Shown here one piece after another: positions 16,999 to 25,696 of a stretch of 25,740 nt of DNA; within the stretch, counting starts at the first letter, position 1; the number at the start of each line of letters is the position of its first letter. The DNA lies in the IMG/VR virus record IMGVR_UViG_3300040985_000985, positions 1-25,740 of that record. The stretch is one strand, 5' to 3'. The DNA comes from a virus (lineage: Duplodnaviria > Caudoviricetes). The notes beneath the pieces are model-generated. The model worked only from the letters and a program-made list of their open reading frames with translations. It was not told where the DNA came from and did no database searches. The position numbers were made by a program, and so were the translations under genes.

Positions 16999-17487
16999 TC
17001 AACGGCTGGCAATGTAGGTGACACCATCAATAGTCAGCGGACCATGGACAGTAATCTCAATCGAGAATGATGCAATCTCACCCTCGGACTGAGTGTATTC
17101 CATCGTGGCTGTACAGTCTTCGGCGAGGATTTGACGCGTATCGGTCGAGTAGTCCTCATCAAGCTGGAGGTCAAAGCCCTTCTGGTCTCCGATGTCGGAG
17201 AGGACAGACACGTAGCCAGCAATGGTGCCGTATACGATCTTGTGGGCATCGGAGTCGAATCGTCGCGCCTGACCCTGGATGGAGATGGTCGGGAATACCC
17301 GATTGCCCCGACGCGCAGCACTGACAGCCCCTTGGGTCTGCCCGATGATGGGCTCTCGACCATCCGGGTAGACATTGCTGAGCGTGTAGGTGCCTGTGAT
17401 GCCCTCGATAGTGGCGCTATTTGCGCCATCATCGGTGGTCGTAAATGTGCCGTCATCGAATGAACGGGGGATGTCAGAAATAGCCAT
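16999..17487 (-). CDS. Major tail (tube) protein
   Basis: 162-aa acidic beta-rich protein with GAGGA SD, directly upstream of the frameshifting chaperone; ends in SFSIEITVHG. Confidence 0.72.
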   Translation of the reverse strand: MAISDIPRSFDDGTFTTTDDGANSATIEGITGTYTLSNVYPDGREPIIGQTQGAVSAARRGNRVFPTISIQGQARRFDSDAHKIVYGTIAGYVSVLSDIGDQKGFDLQLDEDYSTDTRQILAEDCTATMEYTQSEGEIASFSIEITVHGPLTIDGVTYIASR

Positions 17488-17493
17488 GTGTCC

Positions 17494-18018
17494 TCACTCG
17501 GCTCCGATGAGAGCCAATTCATAGGTAGCAGTGGCAGCCCCAGTGGCCTCCACAATGTCAAATTTGCTGTTGACTGTGACGTCCAGCCCATCCGGTCCCA
17601 AATCGAGGACGATGGCACGGAGGCCAGCCGTAGCACTCAGGAGGAGGCCATGATTGTTCGTTGTGAACAGTCCGAGCCCATTGGATACCGGCTTCTGGAA
17701 CTTGACGGAGCCAGAAGTCACCCGCAACGCGAGACCCTTCAGCTCATCGAGGTCGATGGACTCACCCAGTGGGCTGACCAGCGACCCAGCCGCAAGGAGG
17801 TCATAGCTATCGGTGGCACCACTCGCGACAGTGCGAAGGCGACGATAGGCCGCTCCAATCTTGCCAGTGCCAGTGCCAGTGGTCCAGCGACGGCCACCCG
17901 TAGTGGCGTCCACAGTGCCTGTCGCATTGATGATGGCGCCTGGGTTGACAGCTGGATCTGCGACCTCTTCAAAGACGAGACGCGCGTTTAGCAATGCTGA
18001 GAATGTGCTGGCCATCAA
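17494..18018 (-). CDS. Beta-rich virion structural protein (decoration-like, function unknown)
   Basis: TVASGATDSYDL...LVSPLGESIDLDELKGLAL...ATYELALIG resembles a phage structural family I recall; GAGGTG SD. Confidence 0.65.
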   Translation of the reverse strand: MMASTFSALLNARLVFEEVADPAVNPGAIINATGTVDATTGGRRWTTGTGTGKIGAAYRRLRTVASGATDSYDLLAAGSLVSPLGESIDLDELKGLALRVTSGSVKFQKPVSNGLGLFTTNNHGLLLSATAGLRAIVLDLGPDGLDVTVNSKFDIVEATGAATATYELALIGAE

Positions 18019-18444
18019 TCACCTCGGAACGAATAGGGAAAACTCTACCACAGGCACAGCCCAGCCACCTTGGTAAGGACCCTCAATGGTCATGGATGCC
18101 ACAGTCACGACTCTCGCGCCATCTGGTAGCACCACAGCGATGAGGTATTCAGCCGCGTCCCTCATGGCTGCCTGGAGCCGAGCCTGAGACACTGAATCAT
18201 CATCAGGGAGATAACGGGCAGCGAACATCAGATGACAGGCATGGGTAATGCCCGATGATGTCCAATCCGCGCGGCCACCCAAATCAATCTTGCACTCAAG
18301 ATGCTCGGTGGGTGCCTCATGGTTCCGTGTCTGGCCCCACCTGTCTGATGTGGCGTACTGGTAGGCGGAGGTATCCCGAGCCTCCAGACCCGAATACAGC
18401 GTCTCGAGGAGGCGCACCCAATATGCCTGGGTGACTCCGCGCAT
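18019..18444 (-). CDS. Putative tail terminator / head-tail completion protein; start corrected from 18480
   Basis: 141 aa; position between adaptor and tail tube; C-terminal alternating strand VVEFSLFV; GAGG SD before ATG 18444. Confidence 0.55.
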   Translation of the reverse strand: MRGVTQAYWVRLLETLYSGLEARDTSAYQYATSDRWGQTRNHEAPTEHLECKIDLGGRADWTSSGITHACHLMFAARYLPDDDSVSQARLQAAMRDAAEYLIAVVLPDGARVVTVASMTIEGPYQGGWAVPVVEFSLFVPR

Positions 18445-18452
18445 TGGACCTC

Positions 18453-19241
18453 TCACAGTAGAGGCCGGCTGACAGCGCACATCAGGATGGGACCGGAACC
18501 GGGCCGTCTGATGCTCGGGTCCTCGGTGTCATACTGGAGCCTGAGCGAGGCCTCAGCGGAGCGCATCCGGAAGTATGCCCGCTTCCGGTACTCCGCCCAC
18601 GATGACCCTTCGGTGGCTGGGATGGTCTCCACAGCGCGCTGGAGGGACCGAGACAGCAGCCACTCACGGTAGCCGGTAGGCTCGCGACTCCGCCAGATGG
18701 GGCGCCCATTGGCCAGCATTTTGCGGATGAAATCGTAGTAGCTCGCGTCAATCTGCGGACCCCAGCCGGTGCCATCCCCACGCGGTGCATCCTGCTGAGC
18801 CTGTGGCACTGCATACCGAAGCTCAGCGATGCCCTCGCCACCATACAGGTCAGCGGCTGTGATGACATTCCGGGGCACATACTCGCACAGAATGGCCGAT
18901 TGGCGGAATGTGTAGACCTCGCCAGCAATCACCAGCGACCAGATGACTGACCATCCATCGCCGAGAGATGCCGACGATGATGGCAACGATGCGCCGAATG
19001 TGTACGACGCCACCGAACCGCCCACAGTCACAGCCGCAGCGGCCACAATGGTCTGACCGGATGAATCCAGCACAGTCACAGTGGAGCCCACAGCGGTAGG
19101 AGCTACCAGCGCCCCATCGCCTGTGGAGCGGACAGGCGCCTCAATGGTCTGGCCATTGGTCCCAGCCGCATCAGAATAGGCTCGCTCCAGCAGATACGGG
19201 ACCGGCCTGGATAGTGCGTGGGTGTCAGACCGGACAGCCAT
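18453..19241 (-). CDS. Putative head-tail adaptor with N-terminal Ig-like domain; start corrected from 19343
   Basis: Beta-rich N-terminal half (TVTVLDSSG...SYTF...WSVIWSLVI) and helical C-terminal half beginning ITAADL; position after the capsid gene. Confidence 0.6.
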   Translation of the reverse strand: MAVRSDTHALSRPVPYLLERAYSDAAGTNGQTIEAPVRSTGDGALVAPTAVGSTVTVLDSSGQTIVAAAAVTVGGSVASYTFGASLPSSSASLGDGWSVIWSLVIAGEVYTFRQSAILCEYVPRNVITAADLYGGEGIAELRYAVPQAQQDAPRGDGTGWGPQIDASYYDFIRKMLANGRPIWRSREPTGYREWLLSRSLQRAVETIPATEGSSWAEYRKRAYFRMRSAEASLRLQYDTEDPSIRRPGSGPILMCAVSRPLL

Positions 19242-19249
19242 GATGGCGC

Positions 19250-19987
19250 CTATGCAGCGAGTGTGGAGAGGTCGATGTCCTGACGGGTCAGGATTTGACG
19301 AACGCTGGATGGGATGTGCGCCGCTGGTAGATGCCGCGCGCATTGCATGATGAGCAAGCGGGACCGCTCAGATGCTCGGTTGGCTTCGCTGTGAATGCGG
19401 TCTATCAGCGGCTTTGTGGCCAGTCTGACTTGAGCCGCACTGAGCGCAGCGCCCCTATTGGCAATCTCAGCCAATGCACGCACCAAAAACGCATCGCGAC
19501 CAACCTCATCCCGTTCCCATTGGACGATGTGCCCGAGCTGGACCGGTCGCTCCCATGCATCCGTCCACCGGGTAGCCGGCCGGCCGTCGATGTCGATGCC
19601 CGACCACATCGCCAGATAGGTCGAGTGTTCTGCTGTGGTGCGGTCAGCGTCAAAACAGGCACTATCAGCCGCAAATCCGTGGGGGATTTCTGCGTAGCCT
19701 TGGCTCTTCAGCTGGCCCACGAATCCGCTGCCCCGGTCTCCTCGGATGTTGCCCGAGATGCCCGGGGCGTGCCACGCTGGGATGACCAGCGGCACAATCT
19801 GGCCGTTTCGGCATCCCAATTTGGCCTGGGAAATCATCCATGTCCAAGGTCCCCGACCCCCGCGCAGACGCAACGGGACTGACCCGAGCGAGGGGCCCGA
19901 GGCACCACGCGCGAAGGCAGGGACGGAACTGGATGAGGCATCCGTGCTGGATGGCCCCTGTTTGGGCTGGTTTGCTCGGGTCGCCAT
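19250..19987 (-). CDS. Hypothetical protein downstream of the major capsid gene
   Basis: Strong SD AGGAGG; 245 aa on the operon strand; no recognisable motif. Confidence 0.7.
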   Translation of the reverse strand: MATRANQPKQGPSSTDASSSSVPAFARGASGPSLGSVPLRLRGGRGPWTWMISQAKLGCRNGQIVPLVIPAWHAPGISGNIRGDRGSGFVGQLKSQGYAEIPHGFAADSACFDADRTTAEHSTYLAMWSGIDIDGRPATRWTDAWERPVQLGHIVQWERDEVGRDAFLVRALAEIANRGAALSAAQVRLATKPLIDRIHSEANRASERSRLLIMQCARHLPAAHIPSSVRQILTRQDIDLSTLAA

Positions 19988-20011
19988 TTCTGGCCTCCTA
20001 TCTATGTGGGC

Positions 20012-20971
20012 TCAGCTGACACCGTAGCGCAGCATAGAGCCTCGATTGTCCTCAAGGATCTGGGCCGCGAGATGCATGACCAGATCAAATTGGGTCTCAC
20101 TGCCACCCTGACGCAACGCCTCCAGCGTGTACCAGCCACCATCAGCCACCATCACAGCCTCGCGGGGGAGGGGCACGATAGCGTGCTTAGACTGGAGACA
20201 GCCTGCGCTGATGATGCCACCAAACCGGTCAGTGCCATCGTCGTCAAGCTCGGAATTCAGGTAGAAATCCACTCCGAAGAAGTTGCCGAGATAGGCGCCA
20301 GCTTGAGCATCCTGGATGGCCTGCTGTGCCTGTGGCGACCACTGGACAGCCCCACCCAGGCTGAGCGTGTCATCCATGAGGTCCTTCGCGCCTACGGCAT
20401 CGAGAATGCCCATGGCTGAACCAGTGTTGCCCCGGTCCTTGTGGTCAATGATGCCACGGTTGACGGCGCTCCAGCTGAGGTCCGTGGCAGTGGTTCCAAT
20501 CTCATTGGAGAGGCTTGCGAACAGTGCCACAACCTTGTCCACCAGCGTGTTGACCCACACTTGGAACCCCTCATTGATGAGCATGGCATATTGGTCTGGG
20601 GCAAGCTCACCAGTGAGCAGTCCACGCTGGACAGCTACACCAAAGTCACTGACCGAGCGGCCAAATGCATGGCGCGCGGGTGTGATGGTAGTGCTGTTGG
20701 TGAGGCTGAAATTGGTTGCTGTGGTGGCTGTGCCTTCCGCTACTGCGGAGGCTTTGCCGGTCCCAAGCGTCAGGAGACCGACGCTGACGCCAAGATTGCC
20801 CAGCATCGGACCGAGCCCTTGGTCCATCATCAACATTTGCTGCATGACCGGATGGCCGATGATAGCGTTGTTTTTGGATGCTGCATTCAGGGCGGCCTGA
20901 ATCGTGCGCGGGCCGACTGCGATATTTGCGTCGCCAACTCCGCTAGTTGTGCGCCATGCTCCAGCTGCCAT
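20012..20971 (-). CDS. Major capsid protein (HK97 fold expected)
   Basis: 319 aa after the scaffold gene; AVAEGT, GAYLGNFFGVDFY and C-terminal ILEDNRGSML are capsid-like; AGAGGT SD. Confidence 0.85.
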   Translation of the reverse strand: MAAGAWRTTSGVGDANIAVGPRTIQAALNAASKNNAIIGHPVMQQMLMMDQGLGPMLGNLGVSVGLLTLGTGKASAVAEGTATTATNFSLTNSTTITPARHAFGRSVSDFGVAVQRGLLTGELAPDQYAMLINEGFQVWVNTLVDKVVALFASLSNEIGTTATDLSWSAVNRGIIDHKDRGNTGSAMGILDAVGAKDLMDDTLSLGGAVQWSPQAQQAIQDAQAGAYLGNFFGVDFYLNSELDDDGTDRFGGIISAGCLQSKHAIVPLPREAVMVADGGWYTLEALRQGGSETQFDLVMHLAAQILEDNRGSMLRYGVS

Positions 20972-21082
20972 CGTGTACCTCTATGGTATTAGTCACCTCA
21001 GATGGTACACGGTTTTACGCCTCGGACGGCGAGCGGGTGACGCTACCCAGTAGCATTACCAGACTCCGCCCAGACGTGTCAA
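20972..21082 (-). promoter_or_regulatory. Structured capsid leader with candidate internal promoter
   Basis: TTGACA at 21082-21077 with a weak -10 (TGGTAATGCT); interleaved stems GTCACC/GGTGAC and CGTGTACC/GGTACACG, the latter covering the RBS. Confidence 0.55.
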
Positions 21083-21750
21083 CCTCCAAGCGTTCTGAGG
21101 CCAGCGATAAAAGCGTCCATGCCTTGGTCGACAGGAACTGACTCAATGCTGTGGGATTGGCGCGCACTGGGTGGCGCTGGAGGTCTGCCCCATGCATCCG
21201 CACTGGATGGCGCCGGTGTCTCCGGTGGCGATGGAGCCTCCATCGCTGGAAGGTATGGTGTCAGCGGTCGCAATCCCATCACATCCGGAGCAGCCACAGC
21301 CTCAGGGTCTGCCATGTGTGCGCGATGGGCATCCAGCTGGCCCGACCACCAATCCGCAGCCGATTTGCCACGACTGGATTGGGGCAGTGTATCCCAGACA
21401 TTCCGCAGCGTCTGACGGCCCAATTTGTCTGTGAGCCCATGGTCCATGAGGGCAATGTCCTCGGAATGACGCAGCCCGAGCGCCTTGACCTGAGTGGCTG
21501 CATTCTCCTGCATTTGAGCGATCTGCGACTGGTAGCCCGCCTGGAGCTGTTGAACCTGCGCCTCCATCTCAGCCATCCTCGCATTCTGAGCCTTGCGCGC
21601 ATCCAGCTCCTGACGGAACCGATGATAGGGCACTGAGCGGGGAGGGCCGCGCCCATCATCGTCCGGTTCGGCGACCGCTGGCCGCTGTCCCAGCATCTCC
21701 ATCAACCGCGCGGCCAATCCGTCCATGTCTGTTGCGTCTGCCATGGTCAT
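21079..21750 (-). CDS. Capsid scaffolding protein
   Basis: VPYHRFRQE motif followed by coiled coil and a Pro-rich C-terminus; lies between portal and capsid; ATGA overlap with the portal stop. Confidence 0.78.
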   Translation of the reverse strand: MTMADATDMDGLAARLMEMLGQRPAVAEPDDDGRGPPRSVPYHRFRQELDARKAQNARMAEMEAQVQQLQAGYQSQIAQMQENAATQVKALGLRHSEDIALMDHGLTDKLGRQTLRNVWDTLPQSSRGKSAADWWSGQLDAHRAHMADPEAVAAPDVMGLRPLTPYLPAMEAPSPPETPAPSSADAWGRPPAPPSARQSHSIESVPVDQGMDAFIAGLRTLGG

Positions 21751-23057
21751 TCCTCATTGCTCGGGTCATCGGCGAAGAGGGCATCCACTTCGCCGCGATA
21801 GAGGAGCCCAAATGGCCCCTCCGGTATGTCATCGCCATCGACCTGTGACAGCCGGTTTGCGAGTGCTGCGCATCGGCGCAGAAGCTCAGAATCGAACCGC
21901 CGACACTCGGGAAAAGTGCCACGGATAGCCTCCTCCTGGGCTTCCTGCTCTCGCGCTGTTGGCTCGCCTCCGCTGGCCTCCAGCTGGAGTGGCAGGTCAA
22001 TCATGGACAATGCCATGGTCTCATAGAGGCCAACAGCCTTTCCGATGATGAGAGGGTCAAAGGCCGGCGCATCCTGCCAGTGGTCGCCGGGCTTTTCGGG
22101 GTCGATGTCGACCCACTGGTTGATGACCTCGGGACCATCGGCCAGACCGGTCCGCGCGCCATCTGTGTCACTCGACATCCCAGCCAGCTGGAGACCTCGC
22201 ACATTCCGGCCTGGATGAGAGGCGAAATCACAGCCGCTACCCCATGCGGTCCACCGAACCGGGACAATCAGGCTGGCCTCTACCTGTTGTAGCCGGTCGA
22301 ATAGGTGGTCTGGATGCCCTCGCATCACGATGGGATGGTAGGGAGTGCCATCGGCCAGCGACCACTCAGCGAGGTAGCCCGGCCCGTCGAATGTGCGCCC
22401 ATGGATGCGCTCAGTGTAGTCCTCGCCACTCTCACCAGCGGCCAGCACTCGATAGGTCGGTGAGTCGAGATCCGTGAGGTCGTAGACCTCGACTACCTCC
22501 ACAGGCTTCCCAGCGATGTCGCGCATGGCCCGATGCCGGATGATGGTGGGCTCAGTGGGGTCGTCGCTTGCATAGATGCATTCGAGGTCATCAGGCGCGA
22601 TTACCTGGAGCATGATGCGGCCAGACCGGCTCGACCATCCGACCCGCACACCAGCGTATCCGGCCGACTCGCTGAACCACTGAGCGCGCGCGCTGGCCTG
22701 TGACACTGTGGTAGGCAGCGGTCGACCTCCAACGCTCAGGTATTTGTCCACAGTCACGGATGCGGAGTGGTCCCCCAATGCAGTAGCCAGCTCCAATGAC
22801 AGCCCGGTCACCAGCGGAGGCCGGCTGTAGGCGCGACAGACGCGCGTGCACCATGACCGGAGCACATTGCGCCCCAAGTCAATCGGTCCGATGCGCTCCG
22901 CCCGGTCTCCAAGGATGTCTCCAGCGCGCTGGATGACATCGCGGGCATGACGATTACGAATGATGCGGACCACGAGACCCACGTACTGTTCCGGGTTTAG
23001 GCGCGTGCTGCCTTTGTTGATTCCTCGCCAATTCCACATCGCTGACCTCGCAATCAT
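21747..23057 (-). CDS. Portal protein; start corrected from 23066
   Basis: 436 aa immediately after TerL (ATGA overlap 23054-23057); LQVIAPDDL and ASGG followed by helical C-terminus are portal-like; the call rests mainly on synteny. Confidence 0.78.
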   Translation of the reverse strand: MIARSAMWNWRGINKGSTRLNPEQYVGLVVRIIRNRHARDVIQRAGDILGDRAERIGPIDLGRNVLRSWCTRVCRAYSRPPLVTGLSLELATALGDHSASVTVDKYLSVGGRPLPTTVSQASARAQWFSESAGYAGVRVGWSSRSGRIMLQVIAPDDLECIYASDDPTEPTIIRHRAMRDIAGKPVEVVEVYDLTDLDSPTYRVLAAGESGEDYTERIHGRTFDGPGYLAEWSLADGTPYHPIVMRGHPDHLFDRLQQVEASLIVPVRWTAWGSGCDFASHPGRNVRGLQLAGMSSDTDGARTGLADGPEVINQWVDIDPEKPGDHWQDAPAFDPLIIGKAVGLYETMALSMIDLPLQLEASGGEPTAREQEAQEEAIRGTFPECRRFDSELLRRCAALANRLSQVDGDDIPEGPFGLLYRGEVDALFADDPSNEE

Positions 23058-24574
23058 GCAGCCCATCGTATCCGGCCGCTATCGACCTCGACAATAGGAT
23101 AGCGCGCCGCATCCAGTCTATCCCGTAGCGGGTCAAGAAGCGCGCCAGCCCATCGCGCGAAAGCATCGGCCATGGGGTCCATCCTTTCATGGGATGCAAT
23201 GGTTAGCCGAGTAGGCATCATGCGCCGCAGCACATCCATCCCATCCCACATCGACCTGTGATGCTTTTTCGGGACCAATATCTTCTGGAGTGGGCGAGGT
23301 AGCCTCAACCGCCATTGATGCGGCTGGAGCCGGTCGACATCGAATCCAATGGCCGCAGCCATGGCCCGCTGGAGGTCAGCATTCGATTTCGCGCCCAGCC
23401 CACCTCGATAGCCACCGTGGGAGCGGTCCCCGACCCACAGATCCACATCTGACAGGTCGAGATTCGGGACACCATTGACGGCCGAGTGAGTGATGACCTG
23501 CTCAAATGGGAGGCCGCGCAAATCGGCGCGCGGGTGAGCTACCCCACTGCGATGGAGCATCCTCAAGACCTCTCGCGCATCTTCCACAGTCTCAGACCGC
23601 TTATTGCTCATGTACATGTCAGCGATGTGGTAGTGCGTCCCCAGACCGCGCCCCTCCGCATAGGTCAGCGTGGCAACCTGAGCATTGGCCTTGCTCCCAT
23701 GGTCAAATCCTACCAGCGCGCGCGTTCCAGATGGAGGCCGGTAGTCCAGCCGACATGTCCGTGGGTCCCATGATCCCTCGAAGTATGTGCAATCGAGTCG
23801 CGGGTATCGGGACAGACCCAGCCTCATGTCAGCCTGGAGTGGAGACAGCCCCTCCCTGAGCTGGTCAATCTCATCCTGACGCAGGAACGGGACCTCAATC
23901 AGACCGCCGCGCGGTGTGCAATTCGCCACAGTCGTCTGGACCTGGATCTCACCAAAATACGGTCGCTGCGGGTCATCCACCAAGTCCCACAGATACTGGA
24001 TGTCTCCAGCCGTCCCGAGCGTCGGAGTGAAAGTCACGTACATCCGGCCATTCCGGCCCATGAGCCTCGGAAACAGCTCATTGTGGACATCTTCGGGTAG
24101 CGGCTCATCCGACAGCACCACATCCGCGCGCGGTCCGGCCAGATTCTTCGCCCGGAAGATGCCGCAGCGGAGGACCGACCCAGCACATGGCCCGAAAGCC
24201 ACGGTAAACACTTGCATCCGCTGGCCTTTGATGGCTCCACCCTCATAGCGCACCTTCTGGCCAAGCTCGCCCGACTCCAGCCCATCAAAGAGATATTCCA
24301 GCGTGGATGACAGCTGAGACCATGTGTTTCCGACCAGCATGACCGAGTATTTCCGGCCAGCTTGCTGCCATGGGAGCTGGCCCCTCAGCGCTTTCCGCGC
24401 AATCTCCGCCAGCACCACAGACTTTCCGCAAGCGTTCCCTCCCCACAGCACAGTGAGCTTTTTGTCCGACTCGATGAATTTGGTCTGTGCGTCAGTGAAT
24501 CGCGACGGTGCTGGCCTCCGCCGGCGGCTGAACAGGTCAGCCAGAATGGCATCAGACCTATCCGCCACAGTCAT
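23054..24574 (-). CDS. terL: Terminase large subunit
   Basis: Walker A GGNACGKS, Walker B VVLSDE, coupling motif TFTP, nuclease VGFDHG...VGD...DRLDAARY. Confidence 0.93.
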   Translation of the reverse strand: MTVADRSDAILADLFSRRRRPAPSRFTDAQTKFIESDKKLTVLWGGNACGKSVVLAEIARKALRGQLPWQQAGRKYSVMLVGNTWSQLSSTLEYLFDGLESGELGQKVRYEGGAIKGQRMQVFTVAFGPCAGSVLRCGIFRAKNLAGPRADVVLSDEPLPEDVHNELFPRLMGRNGRMYVTFTPTLGTAGDIQYLWDLVDDPQRPYFGEIQVQTTVANCTPRGGLIEVPFLRQDEIDQLREGLSPLQADMRLGLSRYPRLDCTYFEGSWDPRTCRLDYRPPSGTRALVGFDHGSKANAQVATLTYAEGRGLGTHYHIADMYMSNKRSETVEDAREVLRMLHRSGVAHPRADLRGLPFEQVITHSAVNGVPNLDLSDVDLWVGDRSHGGYRGGLGAKSNADLQRAMAAAIGFDVDRLQPHQWRLRLPRPLQKILVPKKHHRSMWDGMDVLRRMMPTRLTIASHERMDPMADAFARWAGALLDPLRDRLDAARYPIVEVDSGRIRWAA

Positions 24575-25665
24575 CCAGTCACCAGCCTAAGACCGGGCCG
24601 CGAGTCTCCCTGAGGCACCAGCTGAAGCGACCCAGACCCATCGACGCACAGATCGTATCGTCGACGCTTGAGCCATTCGCCCACAGCCACCTCAAGCTCA
24701 GCGTCTGAGGCATTCTCGACCATCTCCGACAGCCGCTGACTTTTCTCTTCGTCCGTCATCTCCGCCGAAGATGATGCCAATTGCTCCGCAAGAATCAACG
24801 CGCGACACTCATCCAGCGACTTGCGCGCATTCCTGACCTCTCTCATGCTTGTGCAATGTGCAATACCGCCCGGCTCCGACGACTGGAGACCTCGCAACGC
24901 TTCTGACATCAGCCATCGCTGAAAATCCAAGCCCGTACAATCAAGAACCGACTCCGATGGGAGCGCGGCCGCCTCCAGCGGCGCCATAGGCTTGGCGCGC
25001 GATGGCATTGACTCTATCTTACCACCGCTCAACTCTCTCATCAATCTGTCATCGGTAACCGACCCACCGCGCGCCGCGAGAAATGCCGCCTGAGACTCTT
25101 CCTCCTTGAAAACAAGCCCTCTCGGCGCATTCTCCGCCAGCTCATCAAACCAGTCCGACATGAACGCAAACAGCTTTGGGTCATCATTGAGGTCCCACTG
25201 TTCAAAACGTGGATTCCTGTTCAGGTTCATGCTTGAGCGGATTGTGATGCGCCAATCACCCGCATGGATCAACGCCACCTTTGCATGTACCCGAGTAACC
25301 ACAATCGCCTCATCGCCGAACAATGCTGTGACCCTACCTGCATAGGCCGGCTGACGCCCTGGGAACGACCGGTCAACCACCAACTGCAATGACTCAATGT
25401 CATCCGACCGAATGAGCCACGCCGCTGTTTCCGCATCCCTAATGCCAACACTCCAGGTCGACAGCCGGACGCGAGCCCTGCCGACGCGCTTCAGCACCGC
25501 ACGAATCAGATCCAGCAAACTGTATTGACCTTTCGTTAAACCCACTAGCCAGCAATCCGGCTCCAGAAGCTCTACAGCGCGCTCCGCCGGACCACTAGGC
25601 TGGAGCACCTTGGTCATATTTGGCGCCGCTCCCGCAAAAGTAGACGTCTGTGATGTGATGGCCAT
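24571..25665 (-). CDS. PLD-like (HxK...SxN) domain fused to a helical terminase-small-subunit-like domain; start corrected from 25713
   Basis: GAGGAG SD before ATG 25665; HAKVALIHAGDWRITIRSSMNLN; helical acidic C-terminal ~120 aa; ATGA overlap with terL. The first 16 aa of the track ORF are read from adapter and leader sequence. Confidence 0.7.
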   Translation of the reverse strand: MAITSQTSTFAGAAPNMTKVLQPSGPAERAVELLEPDCWLVGLTKGQYSLLDLIRAVLKRVGRARVRLSTWSVGIRDAETAAWLIRSDDIESLQLVVDRSFPGRQPAYAGRVTALFGDEAIVVTRVHAKVALIHAGDWRITIRSSMNLNRNPRFEQWDLNDDPKLFAFMSDWFDELAENAPRGLVFKEEESQAAFLAARGGSVTDDRLMRELSGGKIESMPSRAKPMAPLEAAALPSESVLDCTGLDFQRWLMSEALRGLQSSEPGGIAHCTSMREVRNARKSLDECRALILAEQLASSSAEMTDEEKSQRLSEMVENASDAELEVAVGEWLKRRRYDLCVDGSGSLQLVPQGDSRPGLRLVTG

Positions 25666-25696
25666 GCTCGGGTTGCTCCTCTCGTTTTTTCTATAC

